A stretch of DNA of 64,000 nucleotides, from NCBI GenBank assembly GCA_017558005.1, contig JAFYWN010000018.1, positions 3,696-67,695 of the forward strand, given 5' to 3'. Both the position numbers and the translations under genes were made by a program. The DNA is from Kiritimatiellia bacterium. GTDB taxonomy: Bacteria; Verrucomicrobiota; Kiritimatiellia; RFP12; DVOR01. The notes below the pieces were generated by a model. The model saw only the letters and a list, made by a program, of their open reading frames with translations, had not been told where the DNA came from and did not search any database. Below are positions 39,393 through 49,483 of this stretch, one piece after another (the stretch's first letter is position 1; the number at the start of each line of letters is the position of its first letter).

Positions 39393-39430
39393 GAAAGAGG
39401 CGTTATCCCGCTCGGGCTAACGCCTCTTTC
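39393..39430 (+). terminator. Intrinsic terminator after argG
   Basis: gaaagaggcgtta...taacgcctctttc, 13-bp stem. Confidence 0.75.
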
Positions 39431-39540
39431 ATTTGGGTGCATAATAAATAATTGCATACATGAAATAGAGAAATACTTTTTGATGTAATGGTGATTGTTT
39501 TTTGATAGAATTTAGACAATTTTTTCAAAAGGAGTTTTCG

Positions 39541-40416
39541 ATGCTTAAGCTCAAAGGTGTTTTCACTGCTTTAGTGACGCCGTTTAATGACGACGGAACG
39601 GTTGACTATGGTGCATTGCGCGCGAATATTCAGTGGCAAATTGAAGAAGGCGTGTCGGGCATGTGCCCAGTGGGTACGACGGGTGAGTCGCCCACGCTTA
39701 GCCCTGAAGATCACCTCAAGGTGATTGAGGCCACCGTTGATGCGGTGAATGGCCAAGTGGCAGTGATTGCAGGCACGGGTGCAAATTCCACCGAAGAAGC
39801 GCTTCACTTGACAAAGGAAGTGCAGGATTTGGGTGTTTCTGCAACGCTTCAAGTGACTCCTTACTACAACAAGCCGAATGCTGAAGGGCTTTATCGTCAC
39901 TTTGCTGCAGTGGCAGATTTGGGCGTGCCGGTGGTGCTTTACAATGTACCGGGGCGCAGCGCAAAGGAAATCCCGCTTTCGGTGGTGGCCCGTTTGGCTC
40001 AACATCCCAATGTGTGCGCAATCAAAGAAGCAGCAGGGAGTGTCGATCGCGTCTCGGCAATCCGTCAAATCGCACCTGATTTGACGATTTTGTCTGGCGA
40101 CGATGGTTTGACATTGCCGATGATTTCTGTGGGTGCAGAGGGCGTGATTTCGGTCTGCTCTAATGTGATTCCGCGTGAAATGAGTCAGATGGTCGCCTAT
40201 GCGCTTGAGGGTGATTATGCTGCGGCGCGTACCTTGCATGAGACCTACTATCCGCTCTTCCGTGATATGTTCTGCGATACGAATCCGATTCCTGTGAAGG
40301 CGGCTCTTGCCATGATGGGACGCATTCGTCCGGTTTATCGTTTGCCGCTCTGCGAGCCCGATGCTGCGAATGCGGAATTGATTCGCAAGACCCTCACGAA
40401 TCTCAACTTGATCTAA
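39541..40416 (+). CDS. dapA: 4-hydroxy-tetrahydrodipicolinate synthase
   Basis: TALVTPF, GTTGESPTL, TPYYNKP, LYNVPGRS, IKEA, TNPIPVKAAL; AAGGAG RBS before 39541. Confidence 0.96.
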   Translation: MLKLKGVFTALVTPFNDDGTVDYGALRANIQWQIEEGVSGMCPVGTTGESPTLSPEDHLKVIEATVDAVNGQVAVIAGTGANSTEEALHLTKEVQDLGVSATLQVTPYYNKPNAEGLYRHFAAVADLGVPVVLYNVPGRSAKEIPLSVVARLAQHPNVCAIKEAAGSVDRVSAIRQIAPDLTILSGDDGLTLPMISVGAEGVISVCSNVIPREMSQMVAYALEGDYAAARTLHETYYPLFRDMFCDTNPIPVKAALAMMGRIRPVYRLPLCEPDAANAELIRKTLTNLNLI

Positions 40417-40423
40417 GGAGTCG

Positions 40424-41197
40424 GTGATGAAGCTTGCTATTCTTGGCGGTGCAGGTCGAATGGGGCGTATGCTCATTGACTGTGCCAAGGAAATGAATCT
40501 GCAAGTGATTGCAGTGACGGAAGCTCCTGGCAGTGAGTGCATTGGCAAGCCTGCCACGGGGGCGATTCGTTTCCAAGAGACGTGGCCTTGTGATGCAGAT
40601 GCAGTGATTGACTTTACGTTTCACACCTGCGTGAAAGAAAACCTCGTCAATGCCGTAAAATGTCGTCAGACGTATGTGCTTGGTACAACGGGATTGACGG
40701 CTGACGAATTGGCAGCAGTGGATGCCGCAGCGAAGGAGATTCCGATTTGCTTTGCGCCGAATTTCTCGCTTGGCGTGAATTTGCTTTTGGAACTTGTTCG
40801 CCGTGCCGCTTCCGTGCTTGATGCGTCTTATGATGCTGAAATCGTTGAGATGCATCACCGTCACAAAAAGGATGCCCCGAGTGGTACTGCGCTTGGCTTG
40901 GCTCAAGCATTGGCGAAGGGCCGTGGCGTAAATTTGGATGATGTGGCGTGCTATGGTCGTGAGGGCATTGTAGGCGAACGTCCCATCGGCGAAATCGGCG
41001 TGCATGCGATTCGCGGTGGTTCTGTGGTGGGCGATCATACGGTGATGTTTGCCGCAGACGAAGAACGTGTTGAAATCACGCATAAGGCCGTTTCCCGTGC
41101 TGCATTTGCAAAGGGTGCGTTGAAGGCTTCTCAGTGGTTGGAAGGTCGTCAACCTGGACTTTACAACATGCGCCACGTACTTGGCTTTGAAGACTGA
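40424..41197 (+). CDS. dapB: 4-hydroxy-tetrahydrodipicolinate reductase
   Basis: GGAGRMG, IDFT, GTTG, APNFSLGVN, EMHHRHKKDAPSGTA. Confidence 0.96.
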   Translation: MMKLAILGGAGRMGRMLIDCAKEMNLQVIAVTEAPGSECIGKPATGAIRFQETWPCDADAVIDFTFHTCVKENLVNAVKCRQTYVLGTTGLTADELAAVDAAAKEIPICFAPNFSLGVNLLLELVRRAASVLDASYDAEIVEMHHRHKKDAPSGTALGLAQALAKGRGVNLDDVACYGREGIVGERPIGEIGVHAIRGGSVVGDHTVMFAADEERVEITHKAVSRAAFAKGALKASQWLEGRQPGLYNMRHVLGFED

Positions 41198-41212
41198 CCC
41201 CTGAGGTGCACC

Positions 41213-41656
41213 ATGGCGCGAGCCGTTCTTGCACTTGGCAGTAATCTTGGAGACCGTGAGGGCTTTTTGGCCTTTGCGGTCTCTTCGCTTTCCGCTTTGC
41301 CCAATACGCGCGTGCTTAAGCAATCTGCCTTACGTGAGACTGAGCCCGTGGATGTGCCAGAAGACTTTACGGAGTTAAAATTCCTTAATGGGGCGGTGTT
41401 GATTGAGACCCAACTCTCGCCAGAGGTTCTTTTGGAGGCGGCACTTGCGATTGAAGCAGAGGCTGGACGCGTCCGAACCGTTCGCAATGGCCCGCGCCCC
41501 TTAGACGTAGATTTGATTCTCTATGAAGGGGAACGTCGCGCAACCGAACGCTTGATTTTACCCCACCCGCGCGCACATTTGCGTGATTTTGTCTTGGATC
41601 CTTTGCACGATTTAGGTTTCACTGCGATGGATGTGATGGAGAATCGATTCCCATGA
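41213..41656 (+). CDS. folK: 2-amino-4-hydroxy-6-hydroxymethyldihydropteridine diphosphokinase
   Basis: LALGSNLG, FLNGAV, GPRPLDVDLI, LPHPRAHLRDFVL. Confidence 0.94.
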   Translation: MARAVLALGSNLGDREGFLAFAVSSLSALPNTRVLKQSALRETEPVDVPEDFTELKFLNGAVLIETQLSPEVLLEAALAIEAEAGRVRTVRNGPRPLDVDLILYEGERRATERLILPHPRAHLRDFVLDPLHDLGFTAMDVMENRFP

Positions 41657-43869
41657 AGCGCTGTCATTTAGGGGTGATTGTTGCAACGGTGCTTCTCGGG
41701 GGCATTGGATGGTATTTTTTCTCCCACGCACTAGAAGTACTCCCTCATGAGGAGACAAGTGCTGGGACGCATTCAACTTCCTCCTCATCTCCAACACAAT
41801 GCATAGCCGAAAGCGTCAAAGTGCCCTGTGGTAATGTAGCTTATGCGTTACGCAAATTAGACGAAGCGCATGGTGATGCTGTCTCTTTTCTCTTCTTATT
41901 GGAGACGCCTTCGGCGGCGGATGAACTTTTACGTGTTTATCCCACGTTAACCCCTTTATCCAAAGGCGAACGGGTATTGACCTGCTCTGTGCCACAGAAG
42001 ATTGCGCGAAAGTGGTTGGAGCAGGGGCTGTTCTGCCAGGGAATTCTTGGGTTTGATGCCGAGATGCCGGTGGAACTCTATGGTAGTGAAGCAACGAAAG
42101 ATCGTTTTGTCGGGACCGCTTCGCTTCAGCAAATCTCCACCTTAGATGGGCGAGGTGAGGTGGTTGCGGTGATTGATTCGGGGATTAGTACGGGGGATGC
42201 GAGTACATTTCATCCTGAATTACTTCCTGCGCTCTATGGGATGACCGTTGAGCCTTCTGTTTCTTCTGCAAAAACTGCGACACCACATGATAATGCAAGT
42301 AACTCTCATGGAACGCATGTGGCGGGATGTATTGTTGCGCAACAGAAGCACTATCAAGACGTGCGTGGCACAGCGCCAGGTGCGGCACTTTATTTCCAAC
42401 GTTTTATTGACAATATCACCTTTAGTGATATCTCCAAACACTTTACGAGAAGCCAAGAGGTAGGGGCTTCGATTGTGAATTGCTCATGGGGGCATTCCAC
42501 TTCACCCACCAAAAATAAGTACAATGGTTATAGTCGCATGGTGGACCAATTTGTGTGGGAAAATCCAGAGATGTTACTCTGTTTTGCCGCAGGGAATGAC
42601 GGGTGTGACCTTAATGGCGATAATGTGGTTGATTTAGAATCAATTTATTCAAGTGAGGCCTATGCCAAAAATGTTATTGTCGTTGGCGCACAAGAATCCT
42701 ATCGGCCAACCTACAATTATGTTGTTCCTACGGAACCCTTTAAGGGAAGTCTCCTGAGGTCAGACTGGCTAGCGAAGCCATATGATGGCAATAGCGAGCA
42801 CCATGGGATGTTTGCCTCCTCTTCACGGGGACCATTATCAGATGGACGCATTGCACCAATGTTAGTTGCGCCCGGTACCGCCATTTATTCCACGCTCAAG
42901 GATGGTTCGGTTGGAGATCTCTGTGGCACCTCAATGGCATCCCCCATTGTAGCTGGCGCAGCGGCAGTCTTGCGTCAGTATCTTCGCGAGGTACAGAAAA
43001 TTGAACGTCCTACTGCGGCATTAATGCGTGCGGGCTTAATTTTGGCCTCTAAAACGCTTTCACCAGGTCAATTTGGCACTGGTGCCACCCGAGAAATCCC
43101 AGAGGAATCGCCGAATAACGTAGAAGGGTGGGGTGCATTGCGCTTAGGGGAAATGTTGCGATGTGGCGAACAATCAACACCAGAAACACTTTTCTTTAAA
43201 GACCGTATTTCGCTCGCAAAGACAGGTGACGAAGTCACGTTTGAAATTGATGACGCAATTTTTGGAATATCGTTAACCGTGGTCTTGTCGTGGATTGATG
43301 CACCTGCGACGAGTGGTACGACTGCCAATGTCTTACAAAACGATTACGATTTAATCTTAATTTCACCTGAAGGGGAGAGCATTTCATTAAATGATCACAC
43401 CAATCCAATCGAACGCATTACGGTTAATACAGGCTATGGATTTGCCCCGTGGAAGATTAAGGTTCGCGCAAATAAAATTGTAAAGAATGGTCCAGGGAAT
43501 CTCGCGGCTCTCGCTTGGCGTGTTGCAACGTTTGAGACGCCCGCCCCCCTTCCTAAGCCAACATCCGAGACGAAAAAGGTGCCCGTTAAGATTTCTCTAC
43601 CAGAAGGGCACCGTCCTTACTTAGATTATCCTGTGTGGCCTGCGCCAGGTACGCATCAGATTCCCATTGGGGAAACGATTCGCTTTCGCGGCGGTCGGAA
43701 ATTGCCACGAACGAATACCACGTCTACGGCATTGGCAGGTTGGATAATCAAACTGCAAGAGGGCACGCGCACGTGTGGCAAAGAAGATGTTTTCTCTCGG
43801 CGTATTGATGAAGCACAAGAGGTGCGATGGTATGAATCCCTTCCCGGTGCGGGGCTTTATCTACGATAA
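41653..43869 (+). CDS. Secreted subtilisin-like S8 serine protease (KP-43-like)
   Basis: Catalytic triad VIDSG / HGTHVAG / GTSMASP; AAGNDG, AKNVIVVGA, SSRGPLSDGRIAP, EGWG, LSWIDAP. Confidence 0.9.
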   Translation: MKRCHLGVIVATVLLGGIGWYFFSHALEVLPHEETSAGTHSTSSSSPTQCIAESVKVPCGNVAYALRKLDEAHGDAVSFLFLLETPSAADELLRVYPTLTPLSKGERVLTCSVPQKIARKWLEQGLFCQGILGFDAEMPVELYGSEATKDRFVGTASLQQISTLDGRGEVVAVIDSGISTGDASTFHPELLPALYGMTVEPSVSSAKTATPHDNASNSHGTHVAGCIVAQQKHYQDVRGTAPGAALYFQRFIDNITFSDISKHFTRSQEVGASIVNCSWGHSTSPTKNKYNGYSRMVDQFVWENPEMLLCFAAGNDGCDLNGDNVVDLESIYSSEAYAKNVIVVGAQESYRPTYNYVVPTEPFKGSLLRSDWLAKPYDGNSEHHGMFASSSRGPLSDGRIAPMLVAPGTAIYSTLKDGSVGDLCGTSMASPIVAGAAAVLRQYLREVQKIERPTAALMRAGLILASKTLSPGQFGTGATREIPEESPNNVEGWGALRLGEMLRCGEQSTPETLFFKDRISLAKTGDEVTFEIDDAIFGISLTVVLSWIDAPATSGTTANVLQNDYDLILISPEGESISLNDHTNPIERITVNTGYGFAPWKIKVRANKIVKNGPGNLAALAWRVATFETPAPLPKPTSETKKVPVKISLPEGHRPYLDYPVWPAPGTHQIPIGETIRFRGGRKLPRTNTTSTALAGWIIKLQEGTRTCGKEDVFSRRIDEAQEVRWYESLPGAGLYLR

Positions 43870-43904
43870 AAGCAAAAGTTTTTTAGGGTTTCAGACTTGG
43901 GAAA

Positions 43905-43934
43905 TTGAAGTTAACGGCCGAAATGTGCTAAACT
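43905..43934 (+). promoter_or_regulatory. Sigma70-type promoter for purF
   Basis: TTGAAG-18 bp-TAAACT with TG extension. Confidence 0.5.
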
Positions 43935-43968
43935 AAAGCAGTTCATTTGTTCATCTTAAGGAGCACTT

Positions 43969-45456
43969 ATGGGCGGATTTTTTGGAGTCGTGGCGCAACA
44001 AGGCTGTGTGCCAGACGTATATTTTGGAACAGACTACCATTCACACATGGGAACGGTACGTGGTGGTATGGCATTTTTCGCCGGTAACACCTTCCATCGC
44101 TCTATTCACAACATTCAAAATACGCAATTTCGTGCGTGCTTTGAGCGAGCAGCCAAACGCTTTGCAGGCTTAAATCCCAATTATGGTATTGGTGTAATTA
44201 GTGACCATGACGATCAGCCCATCTTGGTGCGTTCGCATTTGGGAATGTACGCATTGGTTTTGGTGGGATTGATTACAAATCTCCCTGAAATCGTTGCGGA
44301 GTTGGAAGAAAAGCGCAATACGCACTTCTGTGAATTAGGTAAAGATGGCGAAATTAATCCCTTGGAAGTGATGGCGGTGTTGATTAACACGCAAGACTCC
44401 ATTGAGGAAGGTATTCGCTACGCACAGTCGCGCATTGAAGGTTCAGCATCGATGCTCGTGCTTTCGGCGAAGGGTATTTTGTATGCGGCGCGTGACCGTT
44501 TTGGTCGAACACCTGTCGTTTTGGGACAGAAAGACGATGGCGCTTATGCCGTAACGATGGAAACTGCCGCATTCCCCAATTTGGGTTATCGCCGATTGCG
44601 AGACTTGGCGGCTGGAGAAGTGGTCGCAATTTCTTTGGATGGCATTCAGACGGTCATTGAAGGTCGTGACGAATCGGCAATTTGTGCATTTTTGTTTATC
44701 TACTACGGCTATCCTGCGAGCACCTATGAAGGCGTAGGGGTTGAACGCACCCGTTATCGCAATGGCGCTTACCTCGCACATCAGCATCCTGTAAACGCCG
44801 ACCACGTGGCAGGGATCCCAGACTCTGGTGTGGCGCATGGCCTTGGATATGCCTTCGAAAGTGGCATTCGCTACGCACGTCCGTTCGTGAAGTACACGCC
44901 TACCTGGCCGCGTAGCTTCATGCCGCCGGACCCCAGCTTGCGTCAGAAGATTGCCAATATGAAACTTCTGCCGGTGCCTGAATTGATTGAAGGCAAGCGC
45001 TTGATTTTCTGTGATGACTCGATTGTACGTGGTACGCAGCTCCGCAATCAAGTGGGACGCTTGTATGATGCTGGGGCAAAGGAAGTCCATGTGCGCATTG
45101 CTTGTCCGCCGCTTCTCTACAAGTGTAAGTTCTTGACCTTCTCGCGAACGGAAAGTGTGATGGATTTGGTCACACGTCGTCTGATTCTTGAAATGGATGG
45201 CCCTGACGCTGACATTGAAAGTTATCGTAATCCGGACGGCGAACCTTACAAACGCTTGGTCGAGGAAATGCGTCGTCGATTGAATATGACCTCTTTGGCA
45301 TTCCAGCGCGTGGAAGATGTGGTAAAGGCAATCGGCATCGGTAATAAGATCTGCACGTATTGTTGGACGGGTGAGGATATCTCCCTCAGCGGTCGTGGCG
45401 GGTGTAAGGGCAATTGTGCCGGATGCGGCGATCTCTGCGCAATGCGTAAAAAATAA
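43969..45456 (+). CDS. purF: Amidophosphoribosyltransferase-like protein lacking the N-terminal catalytic Cys
   Basis: ARDRFGRTP, CAFLFIYYGYP, IPDSG, DDSIVRGT, RIACPP, CTYCWTG; N-terminus is MGGFFG. Confidence 0.88.
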   Translation: MGGFFGVVAQQGCVPDVYFGTDYHSHMGTVRGGMAFFAGNTFHRSIHNIQNTQFRACFERAAKRFAGLNPNYGIGVISDHDDQPILVRSHLGMYALVLVGLITNLPEIVAELEEKRNTHFCELGKDGEINPLEVMAVLINTQDSIEEGIRYAQSRIEGSASMLVLSAKGILYAARDRFGRTPVVLGQKDDGAYAVTMETAAFPNLGYRRLRDLAAGEVVAISLDGIQTVIEGRDESAICAFLFIYYGYPASTYEGVGVERTRYRNGAYLAHQHPVNADHVAGIPDSGVAHGLGYAFESGIRYARPFVKYTPTWPRSFMPPDPSLRQKIANMKLLPVPELIEGKRLIFCDDSIVRGTQLRNQVGRLYDAGAKEVHVRIACPPLLYKCKFLTFSRTESVMDLVTRRLILEMDGPDADIESYRNPDGEPYKRLVEEMRRRLNMTSLAFQRVEDVVKAIGIGNKICTYCWTGEDISLSGRGGCKGNCAGCGDLCAMRKK

Positions 45457-45473
45457 TTGATTAAGGTGCGCGC

Positions 45474-46673
45474 GTGGCCAAGAAGAACAAAGTTCGTGCG
45501 ATTGAACGGCTTGAAAGCTATCTTATCCCGCTAATTCAGTTGGAAGGCGCTGACAAAAATGTGACCGACTTCTGGCCGAAGGTGCTTTTGGGTTTTCTCA
45601 AAGGCATTTCGAAGATTTTCAGTGCGGTGGTTTGGTTACGCATGCGCTTTTTTGCAATTGGCGTTTTACGTCGGTATCCCTTAGGTTGCCAAGTGATTAG
45701 CGTGGGCAACGTTACGGCGGGTGGCACGGGTAAGACGCCTGTTGTGGAAATCTTTGCGCGTGAACTAACGCGTCAAGGGCGTAAGGTGGCCATCCTTTCT
45801 CGTGGCTATCGCAGAAAGGAAAAACCCTTTTTGCAGCGTATCTTCTCCGAAAAGATTGATCCACCCTTAGAGGTTAGCGATGGTCGCCACGTCTTATTGG
45901 ACTCTGAGACTGGCGGTGACGAACCCTATATGTTGGCAAGCAATTTGCCGGGGGTTGTTGTTTTGGTGGACCGTGATCGTGTAAAGTCAGGACGTCATGC
46001 AATTAAAAAATTCGGTTGTGACACCTTAATTCTTGACGACGGCTTCCAATATCATAAATTGAAACACTCTCACGATATCGTATTGGTAGACAAGACGAAT
46101 CCCTTTGGTAATGGTAATCTCTTGCCGCGTGGCGTTTTGCGTGAACGTGTGCAAAATATTAAACGTGCGGACTTCATCTTCATCACGAAGAGCGATGGGA
46201 ATTCGGCTGCTTTACGCAAGCGCTTAAAAGAATTAAACCATCACGCAGAGATTATCGAGTGTCGCCATGCGCCAAAGCGCCTAAAGAATGTCTATGCACA
46301 AGGCGACGAAGAACTGTCATGGTTGAAAGGGAAGCGCATTTTGGCATTGTCGGGTATTGCGGTGCCACAAAGCTTTGAAAACTTCTTAAAACGTTATGAC
46401 GCCGAATTAGTGGAATGCGTCCGTTATGCCGACCACCACCGTTATGCCACGCAGGAAGTGATTAATGTGGTTAATCGTGCGGCAGACCTCGGGTGTGATG
46501 CGATGATCACCACGGAAAAGGATGCGGTTCGTTTCCCGAAACTTTCCACTACGGCGGTGCCAGTTTACTATCTACGAATTGAAATTGAAATTTTGCGTGG
46601 TGCAATCAATTTCCATGAAGCCGTTAGCCATATTTGCGGCAAGAAAAACACTTGGATGCCGGACCAAAAATAA
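45474..46673 (+). CDS. lpxK: Tetraacyldisaccharide 4'-kinase
   Basis: SVGNVTAGGTGKTP, LSRGY, GDEP, LDDGFQ, YADHH, TTEKDAVR. Confidence 0.94.
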   Translation: MAKKNKVRAIERLESYLIPLIQLEGADKNVTDFWPKVLLGFLKGISKIFSAVVWLRMRFFAIGVLRRYPLGCQVISVGNVTAGGTGKTPVVEIFARELTRQGRKVAILSRGYRRKEKPFLQRIFSEKIDPPLEVSDGRHVLLDSETGGDEPYMLASNLPGVVVLVDRDRVKSGRHAIKKFGCDTLILDDGFQYHKLKHSHDIVLVDKTNPFGNGNLLPRGVLRERVQNIKRADFIFITKSDGNSAALRKRLKELNHHAEIIECRHAPKRLKNVYAQGDEELSWLKGKRILALSGIAVPQSFENFLKRYDAELVECVRYADHHRYATQEVINVVNRAADLGCDAMITTEKDAVRFPKLSTTAVPVYYLRIEIEILRGAINFHEAVSHICGKKNTWMPDQK

Positions 46674-46685
46674 CCGGAATACAAA

Positions 46686-48242
46686 ATGAAACTACTTGGT
46701 AAAGTGGGAATTGTAAGCGCGATGACAGGCATCAGTCGCTTGTTTGGACTGATGCGTGAAATGTTAATGGCGCATTTTTTCGGCACAAGCACGCTGCAAA
46801 GCGCCTTTGTTATCGCATTTCGAATTCCCAATCTCTTTCGCCGCTTGTTTGGTGAAGGCGCCCTCGGTGCGGCATTTATTCCTGTTTTCGCCGAGGTAGA
46901 ACAGACTGAAGGACACGAAAAGGCGCAACAATTCTTCGCGAATGTATTGGGCTTATTAGTCTGCGTCTTAGGCTTCTTGGTGGGCCTTGGCATTTTGATT
47001 ACATGGGGCGTAGAAGGTTTTTGTGACGAAAATTCGCGCTGGTATGAAGCAATGCCATTAATGCGAATCATGCTTCCATATGCACTTTTGATTTGCATTG
47101 CGGCAATCGTTTCTGCAGTCCTGAATGTGCGAGATCGCTTTGCGATTTCCTCATTAACGCCGGTCGTTCTAAATGTTGTTTGGATTGTTGTGCTCGTGAG
47201 CATTTGTCCTTTCTTGCCCTCTGAGGGGTATTGGCGAATCGGCACGGTGTGTTGGGGAATTTTGCTCGCAGGCGTTGCTCAAATTCTCTTCCAACTCCCT
47301 GAGTTAAAGCGCGTCGGGCTCTCCTTGCGCTTTAGTTTTAAAGGGTGGTGGTCTTCACCCCATCTGAAAAAAGTCCTTTTGCAAATGGGCCCCGCATCAT
47401 TTGGCATTGCTTTGGCGCAGATTAATATTTGCGTGGATGGGTGGTTAGCATTTTACGGTGCGGCATGGGCACCTTCGGCATTGGAATATGCCGATCGAAT
47501 CATCTATTTGCCCTTGGGATTATTTGGGACAGCCTTTGCAACGGTTCTTTTGCCTACTTATAGCAGGCAGGCGGCCAACCAAAATGTACCAGAGATGGTA
47601 GAGACATTAGAGCGTTCCTTGCGGACACTTGCAGTTATTATGGCCCCGATGGCGGTGGGGTTAATGGTGCTTGCGGGACCGATTGTCGCATTGATTTATC
47701 AACGCGGTGCCTTTGATGGTCAATCCGTTTGCTGGACGGCGCGCGCCGTAATGGCTTATGCGCCAGGTCTTTTGGCCTTTTCTGCCGCAAAAACCGTGGT
47801 GCCAATCTTCTATGCTTTTAAGGATTTAAAGACGCCGGTACGTGTGGCGTCATGGTGTATCTTGGGTAATTTTGTGCTCAATCTTCTCTCGGTCATCTTT
47901 TTGCCAGAGGGGTGGAGACACGTTGGTATCGCAGTAAGCACCTGCGTTAATTCGTTGGTCAATACGGCGATCTTGCTGTATATCCTCCATCGTCGAAAGA
48001 TTTCAATTAATATTTGGGGATGCAGTTGGGTACTCGTTAAAACCTTGGTCGCCGCGAGCTTGATGGGAGCACTTGTAACCCTGTGTTACAATTGGCTAAA
48101 TAATCTGCTTCCCGCATGGATTTCGTTGTTTACGGCGATTGCCGTAGGGGGTGGTTTTTATTTCCTTGCTATGGCACTCTTGACGCCCGCCACGTTGCGA
48201 GAAGTATTGGCAGATTTCAAATTCCGCCGAAAAAGAAGTTAA
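46686..48242 (+). CDS. murJ: Lipid II flippase MurJ
   Basis: SRLFGLMRE, AFRIPNLFRRLFGEGAL, YADRIIYLPLG, FYAFKDLKTPV. Confidence 0.95.
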   Translation: MKLLGKVGIVSAMTGISRLFGLMREMLMAHFFGTSTLQSAFVIAFRIPNLFRRLFGEGALGAAFIPVFAEVEQTEGHEKAQQFFANVLGLLVCVLGFLVGLGILITWGVEGFCDENSRWYEAMPLMRIMLPYALLICIAAIVSAVLNVRDRFAISSLTPVVLNVVWIVVLVSICPFLPSEGYWRIGTVCWGILLAGVAQILFQLPELKRVGLSLRFSFKGWWSSPHLKKVLLQMGPASFGIALAQINICVDGWLAFYGAAWAPSALEYADRIIYLPLGLFGTAFATVLLPTYSRQAANQNVPEMVETLERSLRTLAVIMAPMAVGLMVLAGPIVALIYQRGAFDGQSVCWTARAVMAYAPGLLAFSAAKTVVPIFYAFKDLKTPVRVASWCILGNFVLNLLSVIFLPEGWRHVGIAVSTCVNSLVNTAILLYILHRRKISINIWGCSWVLVKTLVAASLMGALVTLCYNWLNNLLPAWISLFTAIAVGGGFYFLAMALLTPATLREVLADFKFRRKRS

Positions 48243-48403
48243 AACGTGAATCAAAACGTGTAACTTGTGCTAAAAGTTGCGAATATTTCGTTGAAAAAGG
48301 TTGCGCAATCGCATTTTTTTTGTCATACTCTTCACAATCCCTCTAAGGTTGAGGGCCTAACAATAAACACAACTATAAAAACACAAAAGAAGGAAAATCC
48401 AAA

Positions 48404-49261
48404 ATGGCAATTCGTGCAATGATTTTTATTGACGGATGTTGGCTTTACAAAGGACGTCAAGCATTGTTTGACAAACTTGGTGAAAAGGGATTTGAAGTTG
48501 ATTACAAGCGCATTCCCGACATAATTGCGCAGTCTTTGGCGGAAATCAGTGGTCAGGAGGTAGACATTGTTCGTACCTGCTACTATGGCACCATTCCCGT
48601 AAATAAAATTGGCTATAATCCTGCTAAGCAGAAGATTTTCTATGATTTCCTCGGCGAACAGTGTGGCTATGAAATGGATATCACGGAGATTGATTTCCGT
48701 AAAGAACCGAATGCACTGCCGGATGCAAAGTGGGTCAATGCAAACCTTGCTTCTGAAATGACCTATCTCGCGACACAATCTGGCGCCTATGATGTGGCGG
48801 TTTTGGTCGCAGGGGATGTGGATTATGTGCCTGTGTTGCGTCGTATTCGTCGCTTGGGCAAGCGTGTCCAGTTGGTTGCAATGAATCCGATCCGCGGCCA
48901 TGTCATTTCTTGCAAGACGTTGCTTTCGGCTCCCGGTTGCTTTGACTTCCCGCACATCTTCATGGATGAACACGCAAAGGAATTCCGTTTGCAGCGTGAC
49001 ATGCAGAAGCGTTGCTGCATGAATTGCGGCGTGGAAGAAGAAACCACGTGGGCAGGGGAAGAGTTCTACTGCGCAGAATGCCGTGCAAAGCGTGCTCGTA
49101 AGACGCGTACCTGCGACAGCTGTGGTAAGGAAGAGGAAACAACTTGGGATAAGGACTTCTTCTACTGCTCCGAATGCCGCGCAAATTATCGTTGCGCAAA
49201 TGCTGAAGGTGACGCAGAAAAGAAGACGACGCGTCCCACCTTGACGCCTACGGTTGAATAA
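48404..49261 (+). CDS. NYN (LabA/DUF88) domain protein with two C-terminal zinc-ribbon repeats
   Basis: IFIDG, VLVAGDVDYVPVLRRIRRLGKRV; two CxxC-x14-CxxC units. Confidence 0.8.
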   Translation: MAIRAMIFIDGCWLYKGRQALFDKLGEKGFEVDYKRIPDIIAQSLAEISGQEVDIVRTCYYGTIPVNKIGYNPAKQKIFYDFLGEQCGYEMDITEIDFRKEPNALPDAKWVNANLASEMTYLATQSGAYDVAVLVAGDVDYVPVLRRIRRLGKRVQLVAMNPIRGHVISCKTLLSAPGCFDFPHIFMDEHAKEFRLQRDMQKRCCMNCGVEEETTWAGEEFYCAECRAKRARKTRTCDSCGKEEETTWDKDFFYCSECRANYRCANAEGDAEKKTTRPTLTPTVE

Positions 49262-49281
49262 TCAATTGGTGCGTTAACACG

Positions 49282-49319
49282 AAGCGAGAGGCTTTAAAAT
49301 GGCCTCTCGCTTGTTTTTT
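49282..49319 (+). terminator. Intrinsic terminator after the NYN gene
   Basis: aagcgagaggc...gcctctcgctt followed by gtttttt. Confidence 0.8.
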
Positions 49320-49483
49320 GTAGTCTATACACTTGGTTTAATTTGTCTTAGTTGGGCTCCAAATGATACATGGAACCATAAAAATGGAGCATTTTATGGC
49401 TTTTGATATGCGGATTTGCTTGATTTTTTCAATGAAGTATCGAAATATGCTATACTATTTGTACTGATTTTAAGGAGGTTTTT

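Noticed and set aside
39445-39475. ARG-box-like tgcat motifs between argG and dapA
   Set aside because: Poor palindrome in an AT-rich stretch, and downstream rather than upstream of argG.
38105-41323. Long minus-strand ORFs (450, 328 and 306 aa)
   Set aside because: Antisense shadows of argG, dapA and dapB with no independent motifs or RBS.
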